Assembly (NCBI GenBank): GCA_963842525.1 | Contig: CAWJGT010000009.1 | Span: forward strand, 1,856,001 to 1,920,000 | Length of the DNA: 64,000 nucleotides | Source of the DNA: an uncultured Holophagales bacterium | Lineage (GTDB): Bacteria; Acidobacteriota; Thermoanaerobaculia; Multivoradales; UBA5704 | Reading direction: 5' to 3' | Part shown: in pieces, positions 19,339 through 29,692 of the stretch | Layout of the letters: each line of letters starts with the position of its first letter | Position numbering within the stretch: position 1 is the stretch's first letter | Position numbers and translations under genes: made by a program | The notes under the pieces: generated by a model | Databases searched by the model: none | Told to the model about the DNA's origin: nothing | Seen by the model: only the letters and a program-made list of their open reading frames with translations

Positions 19339-22300
19339 ATGAGATCTTTTTCTCAACTCGTCCGCAGGTGGACCTTCCCCGCCATGACCGTCCTGGCCCT
19401 GCTGGTGCTCGCCGGCGGGTATTACCTCTTCTACAAAAGCAGTCGGGAGGACTACTTCCGCCATCGCCACCTACGGCGGCTCGCCTTCGAGAGCGCCCGG
19501 CTCGGCGATACGGTAGAGGCGTATCGACGCCTGTTGAAAAACTTTAGAAATGACCGTGATGGCGGCTACCGGCCCGATGACCTGCTGGAGCTCGCGCGTG
19601 GGCTTGAGCGGGTGGACCTGCCGGAAGGATTCCCTTCCTCATCCGCCGGAGTGGCCCTCCAGGAGCGCGTCGAGGAGGGTAGGCTCTGGATCTACGCCGG
19701 GTCGATCGGGGGTTTCGCCTATCGTTTTCAACCTTTCGAGCTGTTTCAGCCCACTGAGGACGGGGATCTGGACGTTTTCTTCGTTGCTCGCCGAGACGGC
19801 ACGGTCCTTTTCCAGCGGGGCCCCAGCGGTCTCCGGCTCGCCAACCTCAGCAAGCTGAGCGGCGCCGACGGCAAGGAGTTGGATCTTACGCCGTTTGCCA
19901 ACAGCAGCTCGCAGATCGATGTCCGATTCGCTGGCGAGGGCTACAAATTGTTTCTGCAGCCCTGTTGTCGTGGGATTCGGCAAGTGCCCAAGAAGGCCCA
20001 GAGTCCGGCCGCGGTTCCGGAGGTGAAGGTGACTCTGACGCTCGACCCTGCTCTGGAGGCGGTGCTTGCGCGTCAGGACGGCGCGCTCGGAGATGGGGAG
20101 AACGCCGGTGAAGAGTCATGGTCCCCCGACTGGGTTGTGGGCGGACTCGTCAGCACCTCCCGGTTCACTCTGGAGAGTCTGCGGATCTCGTTCACCGTGG
20201 CGATCCTCCTAGTGGCCCTCTTGGTGCTCGTCATCCTGTCCGCCCCTTTCCTGCGTTTGTTTTACGTTGGCGCTGAAGAGAAAGTGCGTGTCCGGGATGC
20301 TCTCGCAGTCGGGGCCACGGTCGTCGTGGGGGTCGGGCTGCTCACGATGCTCCTGCTGGACCTCCATGCCTATCAGCACCTCGCCGACCAGGGAGACGAG
20401 GGGCTCTCGCAGCTTGCCAGCCATATCGTCGGCAATGTCGAGGAGGAGCTCAAAGAGGCGGCCGGCCAGCTCAATGCGCTAAACGGGCTAGTGAGACGAT
20501 CGGTAGAAGCCCGGCTGGGCGGCCCTCCGAAGCGCTGCGAAGACCTCTTCGATGAGAACAACTCCAAGGCGATCCTTCGCCCGCGAGTCGATCTCGTGGC
20601 AACTCGGCTGCAGCCCTCCTTTTTCCAAAATTCCGGATTCGAGTTCCAATATCCCGGATTCGAGCGCTTCGCGTGGATGGATCCCAGCGGCTGGCAGTGT
20701 TTCAACTGGGGAATCGCAAAGGGTCGCGAACCGCGCATCAACGTCGGGGAGCGCCGGTACTTCCGGGATGTCCGGGAGGACAGGCTGTGGTCGATGCCGG
20801 CGGTCCAAGGACCGGACGGGGGGATCTTCCGGTTCACACTTGAGCCGGTCGTGTCATGGGCTAGCGGACAGCGGGTGGTTGTCCTTGCCACCTCGGTCTA
20901 CGAGCGCCAATTCGTGGGGGCCCTCGGCATCGAGCTGAGTTCTGTCAACCGCCCAATCCTTCCCGCCGGCTATGGCTTCGCTGTGATTGATGCGAAGGGG
21001 GACGTCCTTTTCCACTCCGACCCGGCGCGGAGCGGACAAGAAAATTTCTTCGACGAAATCGATGGAGCCCGGCGGGTACGCGCCGCGGTCTTCGCCCGGC
21101 GTAGCGGGCCTGAGTCCGCCCCTTACATGGGGCGCGGGCATCGGCTCTATCTACGGCCGATGGGCAATCTGCTGCCAGATTGGACCCTCATCGTCTTCAG
21201 CGACAAGCGCGAGTTGCGGGGCTTCAACGTTGACCTGATGACAACGGCCATGCTTCTGTTGATACTCTATCTGCTGGTCTTCCTGATCGTCTGCTGGCTG
21301 GTCCGCCTCTTCTATCGTCCGTATCGGGGTGCCTGGCTGTGGCCGGACCTCACGCTGGGAGAAGGTTACTCACGGCTGGTCTTTCTCCATTTTTTTGGTT
21401 TCGTCGCATTCCTAGTTGCAGCAGGGGTGCTCGAAGGAGTGCACCTGCTCTGGTTCGCGTTCGCGTTCCCCTGGGCCATCCTGCTGCTTTCCTATCGGGT
21501 CCGCACCTCTGCCTGGATCAAGCCGCTGTCTCTGCTCAAGGTCACTGCCGGGCTCGCCCTCGTCCTGCTCCTGATCTTCGTGGCACCGGGCAGCGGCGTG
21601 GACCTGTGGCCCTTCGATCTGGAAGCGGCGCTCGCGCGCAGCATTTTTCTCGTAATTGTCTCCCTCGGGCTGGTTCTGGTCCTCTGCTTCCCTTCCCTGC
21701 TCGGCCCCTGGCAAGCCGCTGGCACCCTCGTCCAGGGGGCCCGGAGTCTTGGCAACCGGCTCTTCCCGGAAATCGAGCTCTGGCCCCACGGGTGGAGGCG
21801 GACGGAGAAGTGGATATATTTGCTCGCCGCTGCACTCCTGCTGACCGTGGTTGCGGTGATGCCGGCGGTCAGTTTTTTCGCCGTCGCCCACCGTGCGCAT
21901 CAGGAGACGAGAATCCGGCACAAGCAGCTCCACTTGGGGCTCGGAATCGAGGAGAGGGAGTTGCGGCTCGGCAGGGGCTTGGCTTCGTTGGGCATAACGG
22001 AGAAACTTCTGAAAAAGCGGCTGGACCGCAAGTATTGGGATGTCTACCGGTGTAATATCGACTTCGATGAAGAGCGGCCCCAGCCCGCGCACAAGACGGG
22101 AAAAGGGCCCTTCCTGCTGCCTACCTTTCTGGTACGTATTCTTCCGCTGTATACGGACGACTTCGCCAAGGTGCGCCGTCTCCTGGAAAACGACGATCCC
22201 AGTGGGGATCGAACCTTCGTCTGGCACTGGCCTATCGCGCGGAGAGTTCAGCTTACCCTCGAGCGGCCGGCAAAAGAGCCAGTTCGAACTTGGGGCATCC

Positions 22301-23611
22301 GTGCCTCGTGTCTCGCCATCAGGGTTTGCGCTCCTGCTTCCTGTCAGCCTCTTCCTCCTGACGGGGACTGTGCTCCTACTGCCCGGGCTCATCGCCCGCA
22401 AGATCTTCTTCCTCGGCCTCCCTGCTCCTGATCCCGATCCGCCGGCCGGAGCCGTTGGGGCCTCCGAGAACGGAATCCTGGTGGGGCCGAGGACTGAAAA
22501 GCAGGCTAAAGACCTTGCTGACCGAAGCCATATGGCGCTGATCGATCTTTCGCAGCACACCTCACGGCACGAGCTTTTCGAAGCCCTGCCGAAAACTCAG
22601 CTGCAACGGCCGGTCTGTCTCTTCCGCTTCGAGCACCGACTGCACGACGAGGAGCACAACCTATGGAAGCTGGAGCTGCTGGAGGAGCTGATCTACGGCC
22701 GAAATACGGCAGTGGTGGTCTTGTCGCAGGTTGTCCCGGTCTGGTATCTGCTGGACCGGGAGCCGCCGCCCTGCCCACCGGCCCAGGAAATGGCGGCCGA
22801 CCCCGAGAAGGCGGCCAAGGCGGCGGCCCTGCGGGAAGAGCAGGTGGAGAAGGCGCGGGAGGAAGTGAGGTCGCGATGGCGCAAGCTGCTGCGGAAATTC
22901 ACTCTTTCCATATCAGATTTGTCTGCCGATCCGAGCGGATTTGAGACGCAGCTGGAACGCCTGCGCAAGGCGGGAATGGTGAGATTCCTGGAGCGAGTGA
23001 AGCGCGAGTGTGGCAGCATCCAAGTCCAGGAGATCGCCACGGACATGCTGCGTGTCTGGTCTCCCAGACGTGATCGACAAGGGGGATCCGACACGCACCT
23101 TGACCCCGCAGAGATCGATCATGCCTGGGTGTCGGAGTGGGACGGGTTCGTCGACGAGCTGCGGCAGAGGGCGGAGCCGCACTACCAGATGTTGTGGACC
23201 CTCTGCAGCGAGCGCGAGAAGATCGTGCTGGTGCACCTCGCGGAAGGCGGGCTTGTCAATGCCCGGAATGAAAGAGCCTTGAAAAGGCTTCTGGCGCGCG
23301 GTCTCGTCGTGCGTTTGCCCCACTTTCGGCTGATGAACGAGAGCTTCCAGAGATTTGTCAGCACAAGCCTCTGCTGCGAAGAGGTTCGGGCGCTCGAGCA
23401 GGTCGCGGAGGCAAGTACCTGGACCAAGATCCGGGCCCCTCTCGTGACGGTACTGATCGGCGCTGCCGGATTCCTCTTCATCACCCAACGAGAGGTCTTC
23501 GACACCTCCGTCGCCTTTGTCGGGGCGATCGCGGCGGCCCTGCCTGCACTCTTCCGGATGATCGGCTTGGGCGGAAGCTCGTCTCCGCCACAGATCAAGG
23601 GCGCGAGTTGA
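19339..23611 (+). CDS. Large multi-TM protein with Cache-like domains (paralogue A; frameshift near 22270)
   Basis: FVARRDGTVLFQ, INVGERRYF, LPAGYGFAVIDAKGDVLFHSD..QENFF; C-terminal HYQMLW..EKIVL..KRLLARGLV and a TM hairpin. Confidence 0.75.
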
Positions 23612-23655
23612 GGTGACTCTATTGCAAATATGTGAGAGGCGCTGGAGACGCCCTA

Positions 23656-23683
23656 CCATCAGTCGGCAAAATCCACGGCCGAG
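23656..23683 (+). repeat. 28-bp direct repeat, copy 2
   Basis: Overlaps the last codons and stop of the gene at 23659-25239; one mismatch to 19128-19155. Confidence 0.85.
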
Positions 23684-25239
23684 CAGGGGGCCGCTTCGCC
23701 GGTGCAATAGATCTGGAACTGCAGGTCCTGGCCGGCCGCGATCCTGCCCGAGCAGGTGGTCTCGGAGCCTCCGGCGGACGCGCAACGCACCCCCTGCCAG
23801 TGCCGCCGCTGGTTCTCCGCTACGGTCCGGGCCACGTCCAGCCGGCCCGCCGGGGCCTGGATCCCCAGGGTCAGGTTGTGCCGGCCGCCGGCGGTCTCGA
23901 GATAGGTTTCCCGCACCGAGATCGGCGGCGGTTTTTCCGGCCTGGGCGGCGGCTCGGCCGCGGCATAGCTGAAGGCCACCGGCCTTCCTGCCAGGTCGGC
24001 CGCGTTGCGCGGCGTGAGGAGGAGGAAGACGGAGCGCACGTCCGGCTCTCCGAGGTCCACGGCGTAGAGGTTCTCCGCGCCGAGCTCGCGGGCGATCTGC
24101 GCCGCCCGGGCCGGCCGGCCGTTGACCAGCAGGAGGCCGGTCGTGCGCGTCAAACGCTCGAGGGGTGGGATCGGGCTGCCGGTGCCCGGATCGAGCTTCA
24201 CGATGAGGTAGCGGGGCGCGCCCTTCTCGTCCTTGACCAGGTGGACCTCGGCCCGCGGGCGGAGCGAGGCGAGCTGCTCTTCGGACGGGAAGACGGCCCC
24301 CAGCCGCGAGCCGGGGGCCAGGCCGGCCGACGGCAGCTCCACCGCATACGGTTGGAAGCCGCCCTGGCACTCGGGATCGACGCTGTAGACGATGCCGCGC
24401 TGCCGGACCTCGGGGATGAGCTGGCCGGCCGGCTTGCCGGCGCGGTAGACGCGGACGCCCGCGGCCAGGGCCGCCAGCGACTGCAGGCTGCCGCGGTCCG
24501 CCGTCACCTCGATCTGCCGCACGACCTCGGGCTGCGCGGGGCAGGTGCGGAAGAGGACCGCGTCCACGCGCACGATCTCCTCGGGCGACGCGGGATTGAG
24601 CTGGACCTTTTCGAGGCGCGGCGCCGAGCCGGGCCCGGACTCGGCGGTGACGATCCTGTAGAGGCCCGGAGCGAGGCCCCCGGCCTGGAGGAGCTCGCTG
24701 AGCTGCAGGTCGGCCATTTCCGGGTAGGGCGCGGCGGGCTCCGGGTCCTGCGCTCCGGGCGCGATGACGCGGCGGGCCTTGAAGCGGCCGGAGACCTCGC
24801 GCAGGAGCCCGGCCTCGTCCAGGGTGACGCGGTACCGGCCCTTGCGCCCGCGCGGCTCGAGCACGATCTCCCGGCTCGCATCGGGCAGATAGATCACCTG
24901 GACGTCGACGCCTCCTCCCTCCGGCCGGCTCTGGACCAGCAGGTAGGGCTGCGGCGTGGGCAGGCGAAGACCCGCGGCGGTCGACCGGCTGCCGGAGCGC
25001 GGCGGCTCCGCGCGGCGGACCACCTGGGGCCGGGAGCCGCAGAAGAACCGCCCGCCGAGGCACAGGCAGCCTTCCAGGGTGAGGAGCAGGACGGCGCCGG
25101 CCAGGAGAGTGGCCCAGCGGGCCCTCTCCCCCGACCCCTCTCCCGCGCGGCCACCACCCCCCACCCCGAGCGGGAGAGGGGCGCCTCCACCCAGCCCTCT
25201 TCCCTTCTCCCTCTCCAGGGGGTGAGGGCTCTCAGCCAT
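23659..25239 (-). CDS. Hypothetical exported or lipoprotein (start uncertain; REP-like element in the 5' end)
   Basis: Long ORF with high GC3; hydrophobic LLAGAVLLLTLEGC; start overlaps the upstream stop. Confidence 0.6.
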   Translation of the reverse strand: MAESPHPLEREKGRGLGGGAPLPLGVGGGGRAGEGSGERARWATLLAGAVLLLTLEGCLCLGGRFFCGSRPQVVRRAEPPRSGSRSTAAGLRLPTPQPYLLVQSRPEGGGVDVQVIYLPDASREIVLEPRGRKGRYRVTLDEAGLLREVSGRFKARRVIAPGAQDPEPAAPYPEMADLQLSELLQAGGLAPGLYRIVTAESGPGSAPRLEKVQLNPASPEEIVRVDAVLFRTCPAQPEVVRQIEVTADRGSLQSLAALAAGVRVYRAGKPAGQLIPEVRQRGIVYSVDPECQGGFQPYAVELPSAGLAPGSRLGAVFPSEEQLASLRPRAEVHLVKDEKGAPRYLIVKLDPGTGSPIPPLERLTRTTGLLLVNGRPARAAQIARELGAENLYAVDLGEPDVRSVFLLLTPRNAADLAGRPVAFSYAAAEPPPRPEKPPPISVRETYLETAGGRHNLTLGIQAPAGRLDVARTVAENQRRHWQGVRCASAGGSETTCSGRIAAGQDLQFQIYCTGEAAPCSAVDFAD

Positions 25240-28200
25240 CCGATCCCCCCTGCTTGCCGCGCAGATCGGAGAGGAACTGCATGAGTGCCGCGATGCCGCC
25301 GCCGAGGACACCGACCATGGCGATGGCGTTGTCGAACATCTCCCGCTGCGTCAGGAAGAGGAACCCCAACAGGAGGACGACGGCGACGGCCAGCGGCGTC
25401 TTGAGGCGCTGCCAGGGGCTCTGCAGGTCCAGGTCGCGCAACGCCTCCTCGCCTTCGCGCGCGGTCTGCTCGCGGATGAAGATCGCGTGGCTGCGGCTGA
25501 CGATCCGCAGCTTCGGGTCCTGGGTGACGAAGCCGTAGTCGGCGAGGCGCTTCAGACGGCGGCCGGCCTTGGCGGTGATCCACTTGCCGCGCACCAGGGC
25601 CGAGAGCAGGATCTTCTCCTCCTGGCTCCAGTCCTTCCCTTTTTCGCCGGGCCGGTCGAGCGAGGCCCACTTCAGCTCGAAGACCGGCCGCATCAGCTCG
25701 CCCAGGAGGTCGAGGACGCGGCGCTGATCGGCCCCGCTGTGGACGAGCCACCGCTCGAGGATCTCGATGTCGGCCACCAGGGTCGCGTCCTTGCGCAGCC
25801 GGTGGTCGAGCTCGTCACGTGTGCGCACGAGCCGGATCTGGTCGCCCTGGCGGAAAGCGAGCGGCGCCGGGAGAGCCTCCTCCGCCATCGCGCCCGGATC
25901 GGGCATCAGGTACCGGTTGGGCAGGCGGTCGCAGAGCAGCACCAGACGCATGCTGCGCGCCGCCCGGAGCAGCGCCGTCCGCGCCTCGTCCGCTCCGGCG
26001 TCGTCGAAGTGGTCGACAACCACGACGCGGTCTTCGTCGGACAGGGAGATATGAGGAGAAGCCTCCATCTCCCGCAGGTCGAAGAGCCGCCAGCCGGAGC
26101 CCTCGGGCGGGATGTCGAGGATCGGGAGATCGGAACGGTCGATCGCCAGGTGGAGGAGGTCCTCGCTCGCGGCCGGCTCGGGCCCGCCCTCGCGGAGGCC
26201 CAGGAAGAACAGCATGTCGGTCGCGAAGCGGAGCACGGAGAAGAAGACGGCCCCGGCGGCGGCGATCGCCAGCGCGAAGAGCAGGGCCTGGCCGAGGCTC
26301 GACGGTGCCAGGCTGCCCAGCGGGACGCGGGTCAGGATGGCGAGCGGTGCCCGCTCGCCGGAGCCGCCCGGACCTTCAGCTCATAGCAGGCGCCGCCGGC
26401 CTCGCTCACCTTGCGGACACGCCAGAGCGGGCCCATCGGCGGCATGGTCCCGCGGCCCGGCTCCGGGAGGCTCGCGCTCGCCGTGCCGGCCTGCCCTTGC
26501 ATCCACGGCGCGGCGGCCCGCGCCTGGCAGCCGCCGGACTGGGTGGCCGCGATCGTCCGGGACGGCTCGCGGCAGAAGCAGGTGCGGGCCATGCCCGGCG
26601 CCAGCTCGTCCACTTCGTGGCAGACGCAGGTGTCGAAGAGGAGATGCCCGTACTCGTACCGCCGGTCGAAGGCGAGCCGCTCGTCCAGCCAGCGGGACAG
26701 GAGGCTCCGCCGGACCAGCGGGGGGACCGCCACGGCCGGCTCGTCCGGTCCCGCTGTCGATCCCACAGCCGATCCCACGGTCGATCCCGCGGTTGGGAGC
26801 CGGGGGTCGGGGTAGATCGAGCTCGTCCCCTCACAACGGTCCTCGACGGGTGGGCCGAACGCTGCCGCGGGCGCCGCGGTCTCCCGCACCGGGCCTCCCG
26901 GGACGGCCGTGCTTCCGGTGTCCGGCTGGAGAGCAAAGCGCTCGCCCAGGTCCCGGCCGAGGCGTTTCTCCTTTTCCGCAAGGCGGTTTGCGAGGACCGA
27001 CTGGGAGTTGCGCACGAGGACGTCCAACTGGCTGTCGAGCGCAAGATTGAAGAACGAGACCGTGGGCGGCACCGCGAGGAGGACCGCGCCGAGCGCAATG
27101 CAGACCAGGTGCCGCCGTCGCGGCCGCTCGAACCCCCACCGCCAGGCCGTCTCGTGCTCCGTGCGCCGGCGGGCCGCCCGGGGATCGAACCGGTCGATCT
27201 TCTCGCCGATCCATGCGTGGATTTCCGGGGCTGCCGCGGCGAGGATGGCGATCGCCACCACGACCAGCAACCCGGCGACCGCGTCGGTGGTGCTCTTCTC
27301 GCCCTGGAGCACCGCGAGGCCGCCGAGGAAGAGGATCACCAGCGAGATCACGATGCGCAGGCTCGTCCGCGACTCCTCCCGGCGGCCGAGCGCCTCGTGC
27401 AGGCCGGCGAGGAGCGCCACCGGGAACAGCGCGGCATAGAGCAGCCACTGGGACGGGCCGAGCCGCACCAGCACGTACAGGTAGACCAGGAGCAGCGCGA
27501 TCAGGAAGGCGATCAGCGCCGCGTAGGCCGGGAGCCGGCCGGTGCGCGGCCAGAGCCAGTCGAAGCCTCCCGGCCCGCGGACCAGCGAATAGGCGAGGAA
27601 CAGCAGCCCGACCAGGAAGCCGTAGACCGCCGTGAACGCGAGCGCCACCGAGGAGACCCGCAGAGAGAAGCTGGACAGGACTTCGGAATCGGCGAGGAGG
27701 ATCAGCGACCAGGGGCGGTTCGCCACCGAGAGCGGACGCGTATAGATCCGCCGGTCCTTGCCCTGGTAGACGATGGTGTCGAAGGCGGGCTTCTGCGCTG
27801 TCACCAGGGCGGCCAGCCGGGAGGGATCGGCCGTCTCCTGGAGGAAGTTTTCGCGCAGGTTGCGCCGCTTGTCCGCGTGGAGGATCACCTCGCCGACCTC
27901 GACCCGCCGCAGGTCTTCGCGGCGGCCCTGGACCTCCGGGCTGTTCTGGACCACCGCGTACTCGAAGCCGGGCGGCAGGACCGTATCGATGAGCGACACG
28001 AGCGGAACGGCCATGGCCACGACCGGGACCTCGGGATCGAAGGGGCGGTCGAGGGCGATCACCAGCTCGGGCTCGCCGGTCGTCCAGGAGTTGATCGATT
28101 CGATGAAAGCGGTCCGGCGGGCGCCGGAGGCCGGGCGGGCCGGGCGAACGTCGCGGGCGAGGGAGCTGAAGTACTCGCGGTCCTGCACGTTGATGAGGAT

Positions 28201-29475
28201 CTTTGCCGTGCCGAAGTTGATCTTGTGCGCCTGGCAGCCGTTGCGCCGGATCCACGAGACGTCGAGGAACGGCAGCCGGCCGAGCTGGTCGTCGACGGCC
28301 ATCCCCTGGGTGAAGGCCCGGTCCACCTGCACGAGGAGCTCTTCGTAGGCCCGCACCTCGGCGGCGAGGTTACGGTCGATCTCGCCGGCGATCTCCTCGA
28401 GCGACCCGTCCCACATGCGGTCGAAGCTCTGGAAGCGCCAGCGGCCCCAGAGGCCCAGGGTCAGCAGGGCCGGAATGAGGAACATCGAGGTCGCGAGCCA
28501 GACCAGGTCGGGCCGCGAGAGGTGCTCCCATCCCTGCATGGACTTGAGCTTGAGCAGCGGCCAGGCGAGGAGGAGGACGGTCAGGAGGGCCATGAAGCCG
28601 AGGAGCGGCTGGCGCGGCAGGGCGAGGCTCTCGTCGCGGAAGCGGTCGGAGCGCACCAGCCCGCAGACCAGCCAGGGGCCGGTCCCTTCCTCCTCTTTGG
28701 CCCGCGCCACGGGGACCCGCAGCGGCGTGATGAAGATGTCGTAGAGGGTGCCGGAGAGGTCCACCTCGTGGATCCGGGTCGTCGCCTGCCGGCCGCGCAG
28801 CCAGCCCTCGTTCCCGCCTTCCTTCGGGCCACTGGCCTCGCCGCCCAGGCCGTCGAGGCCGGCCAGGCGGATCTCGCGGTTCTCCTTCTCGAACAGGACC
28901 TTGCCGCTGGCGTCCGCGACCACGATGTGATCGAAGACGTCGCGCGCCAGGAGCGGATTGAGCAGCGGCTCAAGAGCAAGCTTGCGCGGGTTCTTCGGAT
29001 GCGCCGTCTCCAGATAGGCGCCCTCGGGATAGGCCTCGAAACCGAGCACCGGCTTCAGGGGCTCGCCGGGGGCTTGTGAGGGTGCTGGCGGCGCGCCGCT
29101 GCGGCTGGCCAGGCGGACGCGGTGCGTCTGCATCTCGTCCGAGGAGTCGTCGCGGTACGAGATGCTCAGCTCCGCCTGCTGCCGGACCTCCTCCTCGACC
29201 GTCTCGCCCAGGGCCCCGTAGCGCAGGCCCTCGCTCTGCACCTCGACGATCGATTCGATCTGCTTGCTGAGGCCGGCGAGGATGCGGAAGTTGCGTGCCG
29301 TGAAGTAGGCATCCCGGGAGTGCACCCAGGCCACCAGGTAGGCCGCGAAGACGCCGGCCCCCACGGCCAGGAGCGCCAGGATCCTCAGCAGCGCCGGCGT
29401 GAAGACGGCCTTGCGCCAGCGGCGGGCGCTCGGAGCCGCCCCGGATTCGCCCGGGCTCGTTGTCGGGTCGGACAT
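25232..29475 (-). CDS. Large multi-TM protein with Cache-like domains (paralogue B; frameshift near 26370)
   Basis: VADASGKVLFE, INVQDREYF, LPPGFEYAVV..VILHAD..RENFL; C-terminal FLFLTQREMFD matches FLFITQREVFD in paralogue A. Confidence 0.75.
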
Positions 29476-29646
29476 CGACCGCCTCAACCTCTCCGAAAAA
29501 ACTCCAGCCGCACAAACAGGGGCATCAGATTTAAAAGCAGGCCTGAATAGTACCACACGCCAGCAGAACCTCACCCCTGGTCCATGCTGTTGCACACATC
29601 TCGCGTCCTGCTGCAACAGATTCCGGATCTCCAGGTGCCAGTGGGA

Positions 29647-29692
29647 GTGCACCCGGTAGGTTCGTGGTAACGGACTGGGGCGTCTCTACTGC
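29647..29692 (+). repeat. ~46-bp dispersed element, copy A
   Basis: GTGCACCCGGTAGGTTCGTGGTAACGGACTGGGGCGTCTCTACTGC; similar to 32751-32796 (-) and 32990-33036 (+). Confidence 0.75.

Noticed and set aside
25819-29079. Long plus-strand ORF (1086 aa) and similar shadow ORFs (11831-13546, 22913-25063, 61295-62860)
   Set aside because: Antisense or alternate-frame shadows of real high-GC genes; Arg/Pro/Gly-rich with no recognisable motifs.
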